From NCBI GenBank assembly GCA_013152195.1, contig JAADGU010000012.1:1-40014 (forward strand): a stretch of 40,014 nucleotides of DNA, written 5' to 3'. This stretch comes from Nitrospirota bacterium (lineage in GTDB: Bacteria; Nitrospirota; Thermodesulfovibrionia; Thermodesulfovibrionales; JdFR-85). Below, one piece after another: positions 19,514 to 27,385 of the stretch (position 1 is its first letter; each line of letters begins with the position of its first letter). The notes under the pieces were generated by a model that saw nothing but the letters and a program-made list of their open reading frames with translations, was not told the origin of the DNA and ran no database searches. A program made the position numbers and the translations under genes.

Positions 19514-20785
19514 TTCATCTGCGCCGGGAATTGTAACCCTGTTGCAAGGATTTTTCCCTCTCGTAAACCTGTATACCCTGTTGCGGCCCCCGTTTTTTGC
19601 GCAATACAGGGCCCGGTCCGCTGCTTTTATCAGTTCGTCTTTTGTATCAGCGTCTTCCGGAAAGGAGGCTATACCGATACTTATGGTTAGTGAGACGGTT
19701 TTACCCTCTACGAAAAAGGGGTGGCTTGCCACTGAAGAGCGCAGCCTTTCCGCCACCAGTTCAGCCTGCTTCAATGGCGTATCAGGGAGAATTACAGTGA
19801 ATTCCTCTCCCCCGTACCTGGCAGGGATATCTACACTACGGACGAGATTCCTGATAAGTCTTCCAATTGTTCTCAGGGCCTCATCCCCTGACATGTGACC
19901 GTAGGTATCATTAAAGCGTTTGAAGTGGTCGATGTCTGTCATGAGGAGAGAAAGCGTTTTTGTGTATCTCTTTGCCCTCAGAAACTCATGTTCAAGACGG
20001 TTGTGGAATTCCCTGTAGTTGTATAGTCCGGTAAGGCCGTCATGGGTGGCAAGTTCCTGTACTTTCTCATAAAGTCTGGCCTTTTCGATACGCAGTCCGA
20101 GGTAGTTCCCTATTGACGAGAAGATGCTAACATCTGAGGCGAGATGCAGATAACCAGGGGGGACAAAATACAGATAAATGAGACCCAAAACCTTGTCCCC
20201 GGACTTCAGCGGAATGCTGACATGGGCATGGTCCTCCTCCTTGCAGGCCGGGAGCATTCCTCCGTGATGTATTTCAGCCCGGCAGTAAGGGATTATATCG
20301 ACTTCCCCGGACTGTGCAGCCAGACCGCATATGCACTTGCCCAGGGGTATCCTTCCCCTGCAGCCCAGGGCTTCAGGGGAGATCCCTGAGGATGTGAAGT
20401 GAACGAGTTCTTCAGTTGCCTCATCAGTAAGGAATATGCCCCCGCTTATTTTTACCTCCCTGCCCACAGCCTTTTCCAGGGATTCCAGGGATCCGATGAT
20501 GGCTTTAAGGCTGTACTTAAGGATGTCCTTGATGCTGAGGTGTTTGCTTGCTACTGCAATAATTTCGTTAAAGGCCTTCAGTTCCCTTATCTCCAGGCCC
20601 TTCTTCAGGATCACCTCTGACCTTTTGGAGAGTTCGTTGAGGAGTCTTTCCTGTTCCCTGATGCTGGATAGCAACAGCTTTTCGTTTATTTCTGTCAGTC
20701 TTTTAACTTTCTCGAGCTCGAGCTTCAGGGAGTTGATTTCCCGGTCTTTTTTTGTCAGGTCGTTATCTTTTTCGTGATCTTTCAT
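19508..20785 (-). CDS. coiled-coil/GAF/GGDEF diguanylate cyclase
   Basis: Active site RYGGEEF, with an RxxD I-site (RSVD) five residues upstream. GAF-like block in the middle. I prefer ATG 20783-20785, which lies after the V4R stop, over the track start 20869, which would overlap V4R by 65 nt. Confidence 0.88.
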   Translation of the reverse strand: MKDHEKDNDLTKKDREINSLKLELEKVKRLTEINEKLLLSSIREQERLLNELSKRSEVILKKGLEIRELKAFNEIIAVASKHLSIKDILKYSLKAIIGSLESLEKAVGREVKISGGIFLTDEATEELVHFTSSGISPEALGCRGRIPLGKCICGLAAQSGEVDIIPYCRAEIHHGGMLPACKEEDHAHVSIPLKSGDKVLGLIYLYFVPPGYLHLASDVSIFSSIGNYLGLRIEKARLYEKVQELATHDGLTGLYNYREFHNRLEHEFLRAKRYTKTLSLLMTDIDHFKRFNDTYGHMSGDEALRTIGRLIRNLVRSVDIPARYGGEEFTVILPDTPLKQAELVAERLRSSVASHPFFVEGKTVSLTISIGIASFPEDADTKDELIKAADRALYCAKNGGRNRVYRFTRGKNPCNRVTIPGADEL

Positions 20786-20804
20786 GGAATCCTGACAGTC
20801 AGAT

Positions 20805-21260
20805 TCATAACAGATGGATCTGGAATTCGCAGTAATCAAAGCCTGATGTATGGCTTTTGGTCTGAACACCCTTTGTGGGCCTTTTCAGTACCCTCTCCAT
20901 GGCTCCCGCAATAATTCCCCCTTCAAAATGGCAGATCATCTTACCAATATCGGGCAGGCCGGAGCAGGTTATGCATTCATCGAGTCTGATAACAATCCTG
21001 TCGTCAGATGATTCCACAACCGTCAGAATGCCGATCTTCAGCTTCTTAAGGAGCGTGCCAAGCTCATCGACCGTGTTTACCTCAAGCTCAACACCGAGTT
21101 CTTTCCCGGCCAGATACAGGGTATAACCCGAGCCTTCACCCAGGATGCTATACATTCCGATTATTCTCAGCAGCCGAAATACCTCAACCGGAACCTCATC
21201 GCCAAGAGTTGGCCTTTTTGTTTTGCTGATATCCTCAAGCTTCACTTTTTTAATGTTCAT
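20805..21260 (-). CDS. V4R-domain (4-vinyl reductase-like) small-molecule-binding protein
   Basis: 151 aa. ...RLDECITCSGLPDIGKMICHFEGGIIAGAMERV... is the typical V4R Cys/Gly pattern. Confidence 0.7.
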   Translation of the reverse strand: MNIKKVKLEDISKTKRPTLGDEVPVEVFRLLRIIGMYSILGEGSGYTLYLAGKELGVELEVNTVDELGTLLKKLKIGILTVVESSDDRIVIRLDECITCSGLPDIGKMICHFEGGIIAGAMERVLKRPTKGVQTKSHTSGFDYCEFQIHLL

Positions 21261-21292
21261 TGTTCACCTTCTGTTTCTGAGTTTAAGTTGCC

Positions 21293-22183
21293 TTAACTTG
21301 TCTTTCCAACCAACACCGGGCATTGACTGTGGCTGATTATCCTTCTTGATACGCTGCCCAGCATTCCCTTTATTCCCGTCAGACCTCTGCAACCGACAGC
21401 AATCAGGTCCACTCCAAATACACCTGCTGCGTTGAGTATCTCTATTGAGGGGTCCCCAATCTTTGTAATCCCCTCAATCTTATTGAATTTCTTGCTCAGG
21501 TATGGCCGGGCTTTCTCAATAATCCTGGATGATTCTTCAAACTCCAATGTCCTGGCCTTGGCTACTTCTTCTTTGATCTTATCATTTATTTCCATAATAA
21601 ACCTTTCCGGTATATCAGAGATGGCTGAACGGAGTACATTTATGATGATTACTTCGGCATCATCAGGGAACGGGATCGAGGCAAGAAATGCAGCAGTTGC
21701 ATGAGCTGAGTCAGAACCGTCTGTGGCAAAGAGAACCCTCATCCTGTCAGGTATCTCCCGAAGTGGAGGTTTGGTTACAAGGACAGGCTTTGGTGAGTTG
21801 ATTGCAACCGACCTGGTTACACTCCCGATGAAGAGCGATTTGACACCCTTTATTCCACGTGCGCCCATGACTATCAGGTCGACATCGGAAGCCACTGCTG
21901 CTTCGATAATTGCCTTGTCAGGGAAACCTTCGACAAGGGCCGTACTGATTCTTGCTTCTGCAGGTTTTAAAATATCGACCGCTGAATCGAGTATTTGCGG
22001 GGCAATCTTTTCTTTAAAATATTTAAGACTTATATAATAGGATTCCCTGTCATCATGATAGGGGCCCCAGCTTAATACATGGAGGACGATAATCTCATCA
22101 TCTGACGATAAGTTGAGTCTGGATAAGAATCCTGCCGCACCTTCTGAACATGCCGACCCGTCTGTGGCAAGCAATATCTTCAT
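21293..22183 (-). CDS. tandem universal stress protein (2 x UspA domains)
   Basis: Two repeats, each ending in an ATP-binding-type motif: MGARGIKGVKSLFIGSVT and VGCRGLTGIKGMLGSVS. Confidence 0.88.
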   Translation of the reverse strand: MKILLATDGSACSEGAAGFLSRLNLSSDDEIIVLHVLSWGPYHDDRESYYISLKYFKEKIAPQILDSAVDILKPAEARISTALVEGFPDKAIIEAAVASDVDLIVMGARGIKGVKSLFIGSVTRSVAINSPKPVLVTKPPLREIPDRMRVLFATDGSDSAHATAAFLASIPFPDDAEVIIINVLRSAISDIPERFIMEINDKIKEEVAKARTLEFEESSRIIEKARPYLSKKFNKIEGITKIGDPSIEILNAAGVFGVDLIAVGCRGLTGIKGMLGSVSRRIISHSQCPVLVGKTS

Positions 22184-22216
22184 CTTTCCCTCCTCCTGAC
22201 TTGTTTATCTATTTCA

Positions 22217-22245
22217 ATCATAGCACACACTTTGGCTGATGACAA
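22217..22245 (-). promoter_or_regulatory. candidate sigma70 promoter of the usp-V4R-GGDEF operon
   Basis: On the minus strand: TTGTCA (22245-22240), 17-nt spacer, TATGAT (22222-22217). It lies about 35 nt upstream of the usp ATG, which has a GGAGGAGGG SD. Confidence 0.45.
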
Positions 22246-22285
22246 GAAGCGCATGGCTATATATATGTCGTTGCAAGGCTATATA

Positions 22286-22435
22286 GCTGGAAAGGGAGAC
22301 GGGTATAGAGTTTTCACTCATTCTCGTTCCGGCGTCCGGCCGGGACTCCGAGGAATTTATCACGTCTCACCATCCGGGTGAGACAAAAGTGATAATTGAA
22401 ACCGTTCAAACTCTATACCCGTCTCCCTTTCCAGC
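22286..22435. repeat. structured intergenic element, copy 2 (perfect 28-bp closing stem)
   Basis: 22286-22313 is the exact reverse complement of 22408-22435. The interior is collinear with copy 1 and has the same conserved blocks. Confidence 0.8.
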
Positions 22436-22675
22436 AGTTGAGATGTTTTCTATCGACAACCCCGGGGATAGAGTGAAAAGGTTTTTAAACATGATCCCCT
22501 TGTATGTCTGTTTCCTGTGAAGCATTAAGCTATTGAAAATCAAGGGATATGGTATCATTATACTCCTCGCTATATTTCGTTTCTGCTTGCCGGGGCAGGG
22601 TTATTGAACCGGCAAACAAATAAACAGTTTCAAGCGGGTTAAAAGTTTCTTGTACAAACAGAAAAAACGATATAT

Positions 22676-22700
22676 GTCATTCTGAATTTATTTCAGAATC
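22676..22700. repeat. GTCATTC...GAATC-type hairpin
   Basis: GTCATTCTGAATTTATTTCAGAATC: 8-bp stem (22679-22686 with 22692-22699) and a 5-nt loop, 40 nt upstream of mnmA. Confidence 0.5.
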
Positions 22701-22739
22701 TCTATTGTCTGGTTACACCATAGAAAGAGGGTAAGGAAA

Positions 22740-23795
22740 ATGGCAAAGGTAGTGGTTGGAATGAGCGGAGGAGTGGATTCCTCTGTTACGGCATATTTGC
22801 TCAAAGAGCAGGGCCATGAAGTAGCAGGGATCAGCTTTATGCTGTGGGAGGCCCGGGAGAGGACGGACTTCAGGACGTGTTGTTCCCTTGAGGCAATAAA
22901 CGGGGCGGCTGAGACGGCAAAGGCACTCGGAATTACTCACAGGGTGATTGATGTCAGGGGGGATTTTATAGATAAGGTCATAGAGCCGTTTGTCGATGGT
23001 TATCTGCACGGAATAACACCAAATCCCTGTGTGCTCTGTAATCTCCATATCAAGTTCCCTTATCTTCTGAAAGAGGCCGAGAGAATCGGCGCTGAATTTA
23101 TTTCCACCGGGCATTATGCAAGGGTGGAGAGGGTTGACGGGCATTGTCTCCTGAAAAAAGGGGTTGATCCGGTCAAGGACCAGACGTATTTTCTTTATGT
23201 GCTGAACCGGGACACCCTGTCCAGGCTGCTCTTCCCCCTGGGACTTTACACAAAAGAGAGTGTGAGGGAGATTGCAAGGGGACTGAAACTCCCTGCTGCG
23301 CAAAGACCCGAGAGTGTGGAGATATGCTTTATCCCGGAAGGTGACTATCCGTCTTTTATCAGCAATCTCGTTCCCGAAGCAGTAAAACCAGGCCCGGTTA
23401 TAGGGCCTGAAGGCAATGTGCTGGGTACGCATAAGGGGATATTTAATTATACCGTGGGACAGAGGCGGGGGCTTAATATCTCTTCTGCCGAACCACTCTA
23501 TGTGATAAAGATAGACCCTGAAAACAATGCAATTCATGTGGGGTCAAGGGAGATGGCATTTAAAAGGGAGATGAAGGTGGGGGATTTGAACTGGATTGCT
23601 CCGCCTGTTAACAGGGTAACGGCAAAGATCCGCTCCATGATGAGGGATGAGGCAGCAGTGCTCTTAATGGAAGAGAGCGGGGATATGGTAAAACTGGTCT
23701 TTGACGAACCCCAGTGGGCTCCTGCCCCCGGGCAGAATGCCGTCTTTTACAGAGGTGATGTGGTGCTTGGCGGAGGAATCATTCAGCGGGATTAA
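22740..23795 (+). CDS. mnmA: tRNA-specific 2-thiouridylase
   Basis: PP-loop VVVGMSGGVDSSV, NPCVLCN, GHYAR and VKDQTYFL. 351 aa. Confidence 0.95.
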   Translation: MAKVVVGMSGGVDSSVTAYLLKEQGHEVAGISFMLWEARERTDFRTCCSLEAINGAAETAKALGITHRVIDVRGDFIDKVIEPFVDGYLHGITPNPCVLCNLHIKFPYLLKEAERIGAEFISTGHYARVERVDGHCLLKKGVDPVKDQTYFLYVLNRDTLSRLLFPLGLYTKESVREIARGLKLPAAQRPESVEICFIPEGDYPSFISNLVPEAVKPGPVIGPEGNVLGTHKGIFNYTVGQRRGLNISSAEPLYVIKIDPENNAIHVGSREMAFKREMKVGDLNWIAPPVNRVTAKIRSMMRDEAAVLLMEESGDMVKLVFDEPQWAPAPGQNAVFYRGDVVLGGGIIQRD

Positions 23796-23801
23796 ATAGA
23801 A

Positions 23802-23938
23802 TCTGTGTATAAACATCACAATTGAGCCGTCATTCCCGCAGTCTGTTGAGCGGGAATCCAGTCTTTGCAGTGAGTTCTGGATACCCCGAACGTTTTCGGG
23901 ACATGACTAAAATAAAAAAACATTAGTTTATACACAGA
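23802..23938. repeat. nested palindromic element between convergent mnmA and crp (13-bp outer inverted repeat enclosing three hairpins)
   Basis: TCTGTGTATAAAC (23802-23814) pairs with GTTTATACACAGA (23926-23938). Inner hairpins: 23832-23857 (8 bp, ATTCCCGC/GCGGGAAT), 23858-23880 (4 bp; a fifth pair would need T23857, which closes the first hairpin) and 23885-23900 (6 bp). Confidence 0.7.
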
Positions 23939-23954
23939 CATTAAATAAGTGCAC

Positions 23955-24665
23955 TTAATCTGTAAGCTCATCAATATCTTCAAACAGCTTGGGAGATAAC
24001 ATAAACAGATCCCCGTTTTCAGTTATAAGATTACCTGACACGAGCCTTTTTATAACTTTCGAGATGGATTCCCTTGATGCCCCGATTCTCTCTGCAATTT
24101 CCTTATGTGTTCGTTTCTTGATCAGGTAGAAGCCGTTTTTTTTCTTCTTCCCCTCGTCTTTTATAAGCTTCTTGAATAACTTGACCAATCTTTGATGGAC
24201 AGCAAGGAAGGCAAGACTTTCCTCCCTTTCGGTTGCATTTCTCAGTCTCTGCACAAGAGACTTCAGAAGATCGATTGCAATCTCGGGGTCCTCTTTAATT
24301 GCATCAAGAAACCTGTTTCTCTCTAAAACTGCAAAGATTGAATCCTCTTCTGCTGTGACTGAAGCAGAACGCGGATTACCATCAATAAGGCTCATTTCCC
24401 CAAAAAAATCACCCGGGTTGAGATCTGTCAGTACAAACTCGTCTCCCTCCTCGCTCAACAGGGTTACTTTGACCTTGCCCTCAAGAATTATGTACATATC
24501 GGTGCTCTTGTCAGTCTGATAAAATACCGTTTCTCCTGCACGAAAAGTATGAATGGTAAAGTCATTAATTATCTGCTCCACACGTTTATCCGAAAGATTT
24601 CTGAATGCAGGAATTTCCTTCAGGAACTTCCCGACAAGAAGCTTGTCCTTTTCTTTTAAGATCAT
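23955..24665 (-). CDS. Crp/Fnr-family cyclic-nucleotide-binding transcriptional regulator
   Basis: cNMP-binding barrel (FFGEMSLIDGNPRSASVTA) and a C-terminal HTH (THKEIAERIGASRESISKVIKRL). Confidence 0.9.
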   Translation of the reverse strand: MILKEKDKLLVGKFLKEIPAFRNLSDKRVEQIINDFTIHTFRAGETVFYQTDKSTDMYIILEGKVKVTLLSEEGDEFVLTDLNPGDFFGEMSLIDGNPRSASVTAEEDSIFAVLERNRFLDAIKEDPEIAIDLLKSLVQRLRNATEREESLAFLAVHQRLVKLFKKLIKDEGKKKKNGFYLIKKRTHKEIAERIGASRESISKVIKRLVSGNLITENGDLFMLSPKLFEDIDELTD

Positions 24666-24773
24666 GGATTATACCTGCAGTTTTTTATTTGTATATACCC
24701 GAACCCGGAGATAAACAGTTTTTGGATGTGATATGTTTATGGTTTTTTATCACTGGACCCCGGTATTACAAGG

Positions 24774-24824
24774 GTTATGTAATGATAACAGCTTCTTGAC
24801 ATCAGAAAACCAATATGATACCTT
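24774..24824 (+). promoter_or_regulatory. 5-N6-5 dyad next to a candidate promoter for the cyclase gene
   Basis: GTTAT-gtaatg-ATAAC at 24774-24789. Then TTGACA (24796-24801), 17-nt spacer, TACCTT (24819-24824). The dyad has Crp/Fnr-type geometry but not the canonical sequence. Confidence 0.3.
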
Positions 24825-25017
24825 ACATTCTAAATATATATCCACTTTTTTTCTGTTATTTATCAGAGTTTGTTGGATATACACATAGGATTCAGGCATA
24901 TATGCTTTCATGGGTTTATTCCAGGATTTTTAAAAATCAATCTGGATAAATATAGTATATCATATCAGCTCTTCATCTATACGGTTTACTGTTGTCAGAA
25001 CAACAGAATAAATATAA

Positions 25018-27276
25018 ATGTCTAAATTACTGAAATCAGTTGTCCTGGGATTGGTTGTGGGTTTACTGGGCATTATCCTTAGCCTGAGCTCTTTTGGCCA
25101 TGAACTTGAAGAAAATCTTGGCCTTGGTCTGCTCTTTAAGCTGAGAGGGAAAAGGGATGCCCCTTCAGATGTTATAGTTGTCAATATTGACAGGGCATCT
25201 TCTGACAGGATGAACCTGCCGAAACGTCCCGTTGAATGGCCCCGTGCACTCCATGCCAGGCTTATAGATAATTTGCTCAGAGAAGGAGCGGAAGTTATAG
25301 TCTTTGATGTGACATTTGACAAAGAGAGCGATCCGGTAAATGACCGTATCTTTGCACAGGCAGTCCGCAAGGCCCGCAATGTTGTATTCTGTGAGTTTCT
25401 CAAGAAAGAGGTTGTTCCCTTTGGCGAACTGGATGGATATCATTCCGGAAAACTGGATATTGAAGAGTTGGTTCCGCCAATTCCCCTCCTTGCAGAGAAT
25501 GCTGCCGCTGTGGCACCTTTCCCTTTGCCCAAACTGCCCTTTCGTGTCAACCAGTACTGGACATTCAAGACATCTGCCGGCGATACCCCGACTTTACCGG
25601 TTGCAGCATTTCAGATCTATGGATTTCAGGTCTACAACGAATTTATTGAGCTGCTGAAAAAAAACTATACAGGTGAGAAAGATATACTCTCCATTCAGAA
25701 GGATGAACTTGTAGGTTCCGGCAGGGTTGTTGAATTCATGATGACTCTCAGGGATATTTTTCGTAAGGATCCAGCAATGGCAGACAGGATGTTTGCAGAG
25801 TTAAAAAACTCGAAAACATTTGCAGCAGACATGCGCAAGAGGCAGATTCTGACATCCCTGATAGAAATGTACCAGGCCCCGGACAGCCAGTACCTCAACT
25901 TTTACGGTCCTTCCAGTACCATTACAACTGTGCCGTATCATCAGGTGCTTTATATGAGTAACGATCTGGATACCGGCACAAGGGAGATTGATTTCAGGGG
26001 TAAAGTCGTATTTGTAGGACAGGCAGAGACCCAGCCATACCTGCAGAAAGACGGTTTTTATACTGTTTTTAGCACTGCTGATGGTTTGGACCTTAATGGT
26101 GTCGAGATTGCAGCCACAGCATTTGCAAATATTCTTGAGGGTCTGCATGTCACACCCCTCAGGATGCCTTCGCTTCTTGGCTTGATCCTGATTTTCGGAT
26201 TGTTCCTGGGATTGACTGCCTTTCTCCTCCCCTCCATCCCGGCGATTATGATCATAACCGGCATTAATGCATTATATCTTTACTTTGCTCTTTATCAGTT
26301 CAGGATGGAGGGGGGCTGGTACCCCCTTGTGGTGCCATGCCTGTTACAGTCACCTGCATCTTTTTTTGGTGCTGTTATCTGGAAGTATGTTGATACAGGC
26401 AGGGAACGGCAAAAAATAAGAAAGGCCTTCAGCTACTACCTGCCTGAAGATATTGTTGATACGTTAATAACGAATATCGGCGATGTCAGGGCAAGTACCC
26501 AGATTGTAAACGGGACATGTCTGTATACCGATCTGGAGCAGTATACTGCGCTGTCTGAAACAATGGAACCGGAAGAGCTGAGCAGTTTCGTCAAGCAATA
26601 TTATGAGACTATTTTTGGTCCGGTAAAACGATATGGTGGTGTTATTTCCAATGTCGTTGCTGATTCAATGCTGGCATTATGGGTCTCCGCTCTGCCAGAT
26701 GATCCGCAAAGGAAGAAAGCCTGTCTTGCAGCACTTGATTTGGCAGAGGCTGTTAAAGTGTTTAATCAATCCTCCAGTGATGTAAAAATATCAACGAGGA
26801 TAGGCTTGAATTTCGGCCGTTTTCTGCTCGGAAATATCGGTGCCATTGATCATTACGAGTACCGTCCTATTGGTGATATCGTTAACACGACGGCACGGAT
26901 AGAGGGTCTGAATAAACACCTGGGCACATATTTGCTGGCCTCGGAAGAGACAGTTGAAGGCGTCGGAGGGATTCTTATGAGAGAACTGGGTGTTTTTCTT
27001 TTGTACGGGAAGGCAAAACCAGTAAGGGTATTTGAATTGATATGCCGTACCGATAAAATGACAGAAGCTCAGCAGGAGCTGTGTTTAAGCTTTGCTGAAG
27101 CCCTTGATGCCTTCAGAAATCAGATGTGGGAAGATGCTGCAGAAAGGTTTAATGATATAATAAGAAAATACGGAAAAGACGGCCCGTCTCAATACTATCT
27201 GAACTTAATTCATAGTTGCAGGGAAAATCCTCCTGGAAAATCATGGGATGGTGTTATTTGTGTGGAAAAAAAATAG
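25018..27276 (+). CDS. CHASE2 sensor-domain class III nucleotidyl (adenylate/guanylate) cyclase
   Basis: 752 aa. N-terminal TM segment, a large extracytoplasmic CHASE2-like region (VVVNIDRAS..., VFDVTFD), a TM cluster around residues 385-450, and a cyclase domain (CLYTDLEQYTALSE ... VADSMLALW ... GDIVNTTARIEG). Confidence 0.85.
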   Translation: MSKLLKSVVLGLVVGLLGIILSLSSFGHELEENLGLGLLFKLRGKRDAPSDVIVVNIDRASSDRMNLPKRPVEWPRALHARLIDNLLREGAEVIVFDVTFDKESDPVNDRIFAQAVRKARNVVFCEFLKKEVVPFGELDGYHSGKLDIEELVPPIPLLAENAAAVAPFPLPKLPFRVNQYWTFKTSAGDTPTLPVAAFQIYGFQVYNEFIELLKKNYTGEKDILSIQKDELVGSGRVVEFMMTLRDIFRKDPAMADRMFAELKNSKTFAADMRKRQILTSLIEMYQAPDSQYLNFYGPSSTITTVPYHQVLYMSNDLDTGTREIDFRGKVVFVGQAETQPYLQKDGFYTVFSTADGLDLNGVEIAATAFANILEGLHVTPLRMPSLLGLILIFGLFLGLTAFLLPSIPAIMIITGINALYLYFALYQFRMEGGWYPLVVPCLLQSPASFFGAVIWKYVDTGRERQKIRKAFSYYLPEDIVDTLITNIGDVRASTQIVNGTCLYTDLEQYTALSETMEPEELSSFVKQYYETIFGPVKRYGGVISNVVADSMLALWVSALPDDPQRKKACLAALDLAEAVKVFNQSSSDVKISTRIGLNFGRFLLGNIGAIDHYEYRPIGDIVNTTARIEGLNKHLGTYLLASEETVEGVGGILMRELGVFLLYGKAKPVRVFELICRTDKMTEAQQELCLSFAEALDAFRNQMWEDAAERFNDIIRKYGKDGPSQYYLNLIHSCRENPPGKSWDGVICVEKK

Positions 27277-27385
27277 ATACAGTGTGTAATATAAGAGTAT
27301 TGGTTAATCGTTTCTGCGATGCAAAAGTTACAGTGAGGTCTTTTCCTCGAGTTTTAAAATGTTCCTTTTTAAGGAGGATATTTAT

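Noticed and set aside
19356-19898. 180-aa plus-strand ORF
   Set aside because: It overlaps the RND 3' end and runs antisense to the GGDEF domain, which has a perfect GGEEF motif on the other strand.
22286-22435. Hammerhead or other small self-cleaving ribozyme in the three-way-junction element
   Set aside because: There is no CUGAnGA box between the two inner stems. The GAAAC after the second stem in copy 2 is AAAAC in copy 1. I recognised no twister, pistol or hatchet cores.
22540-22615. 24-aa ORF (ATGGTATCATTATAC...) and a 7-bp hairpin TTGCCGG...CCGGCAA in the long spacer upstream of mnmA
   Set aside because: It is too short, has only a weak SD-like AAGGGA, and offers no conservation evidence. 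Noted only as something to test if the spacer turns out to be transcribed.
22713-23537. 274-aa minus-strand ORF
   Set aside because: It is antisense to mnmA, whose PP-loop and catalytic motifs are unambiguous. No recognisable domain.
24727-24754. TGTGA ... TCACT as a Crp box in the crp/cyclase spacer
   Set aside because: The half-sites are 18 nt apart rather than 6, so this is not canonical Crp geometry.
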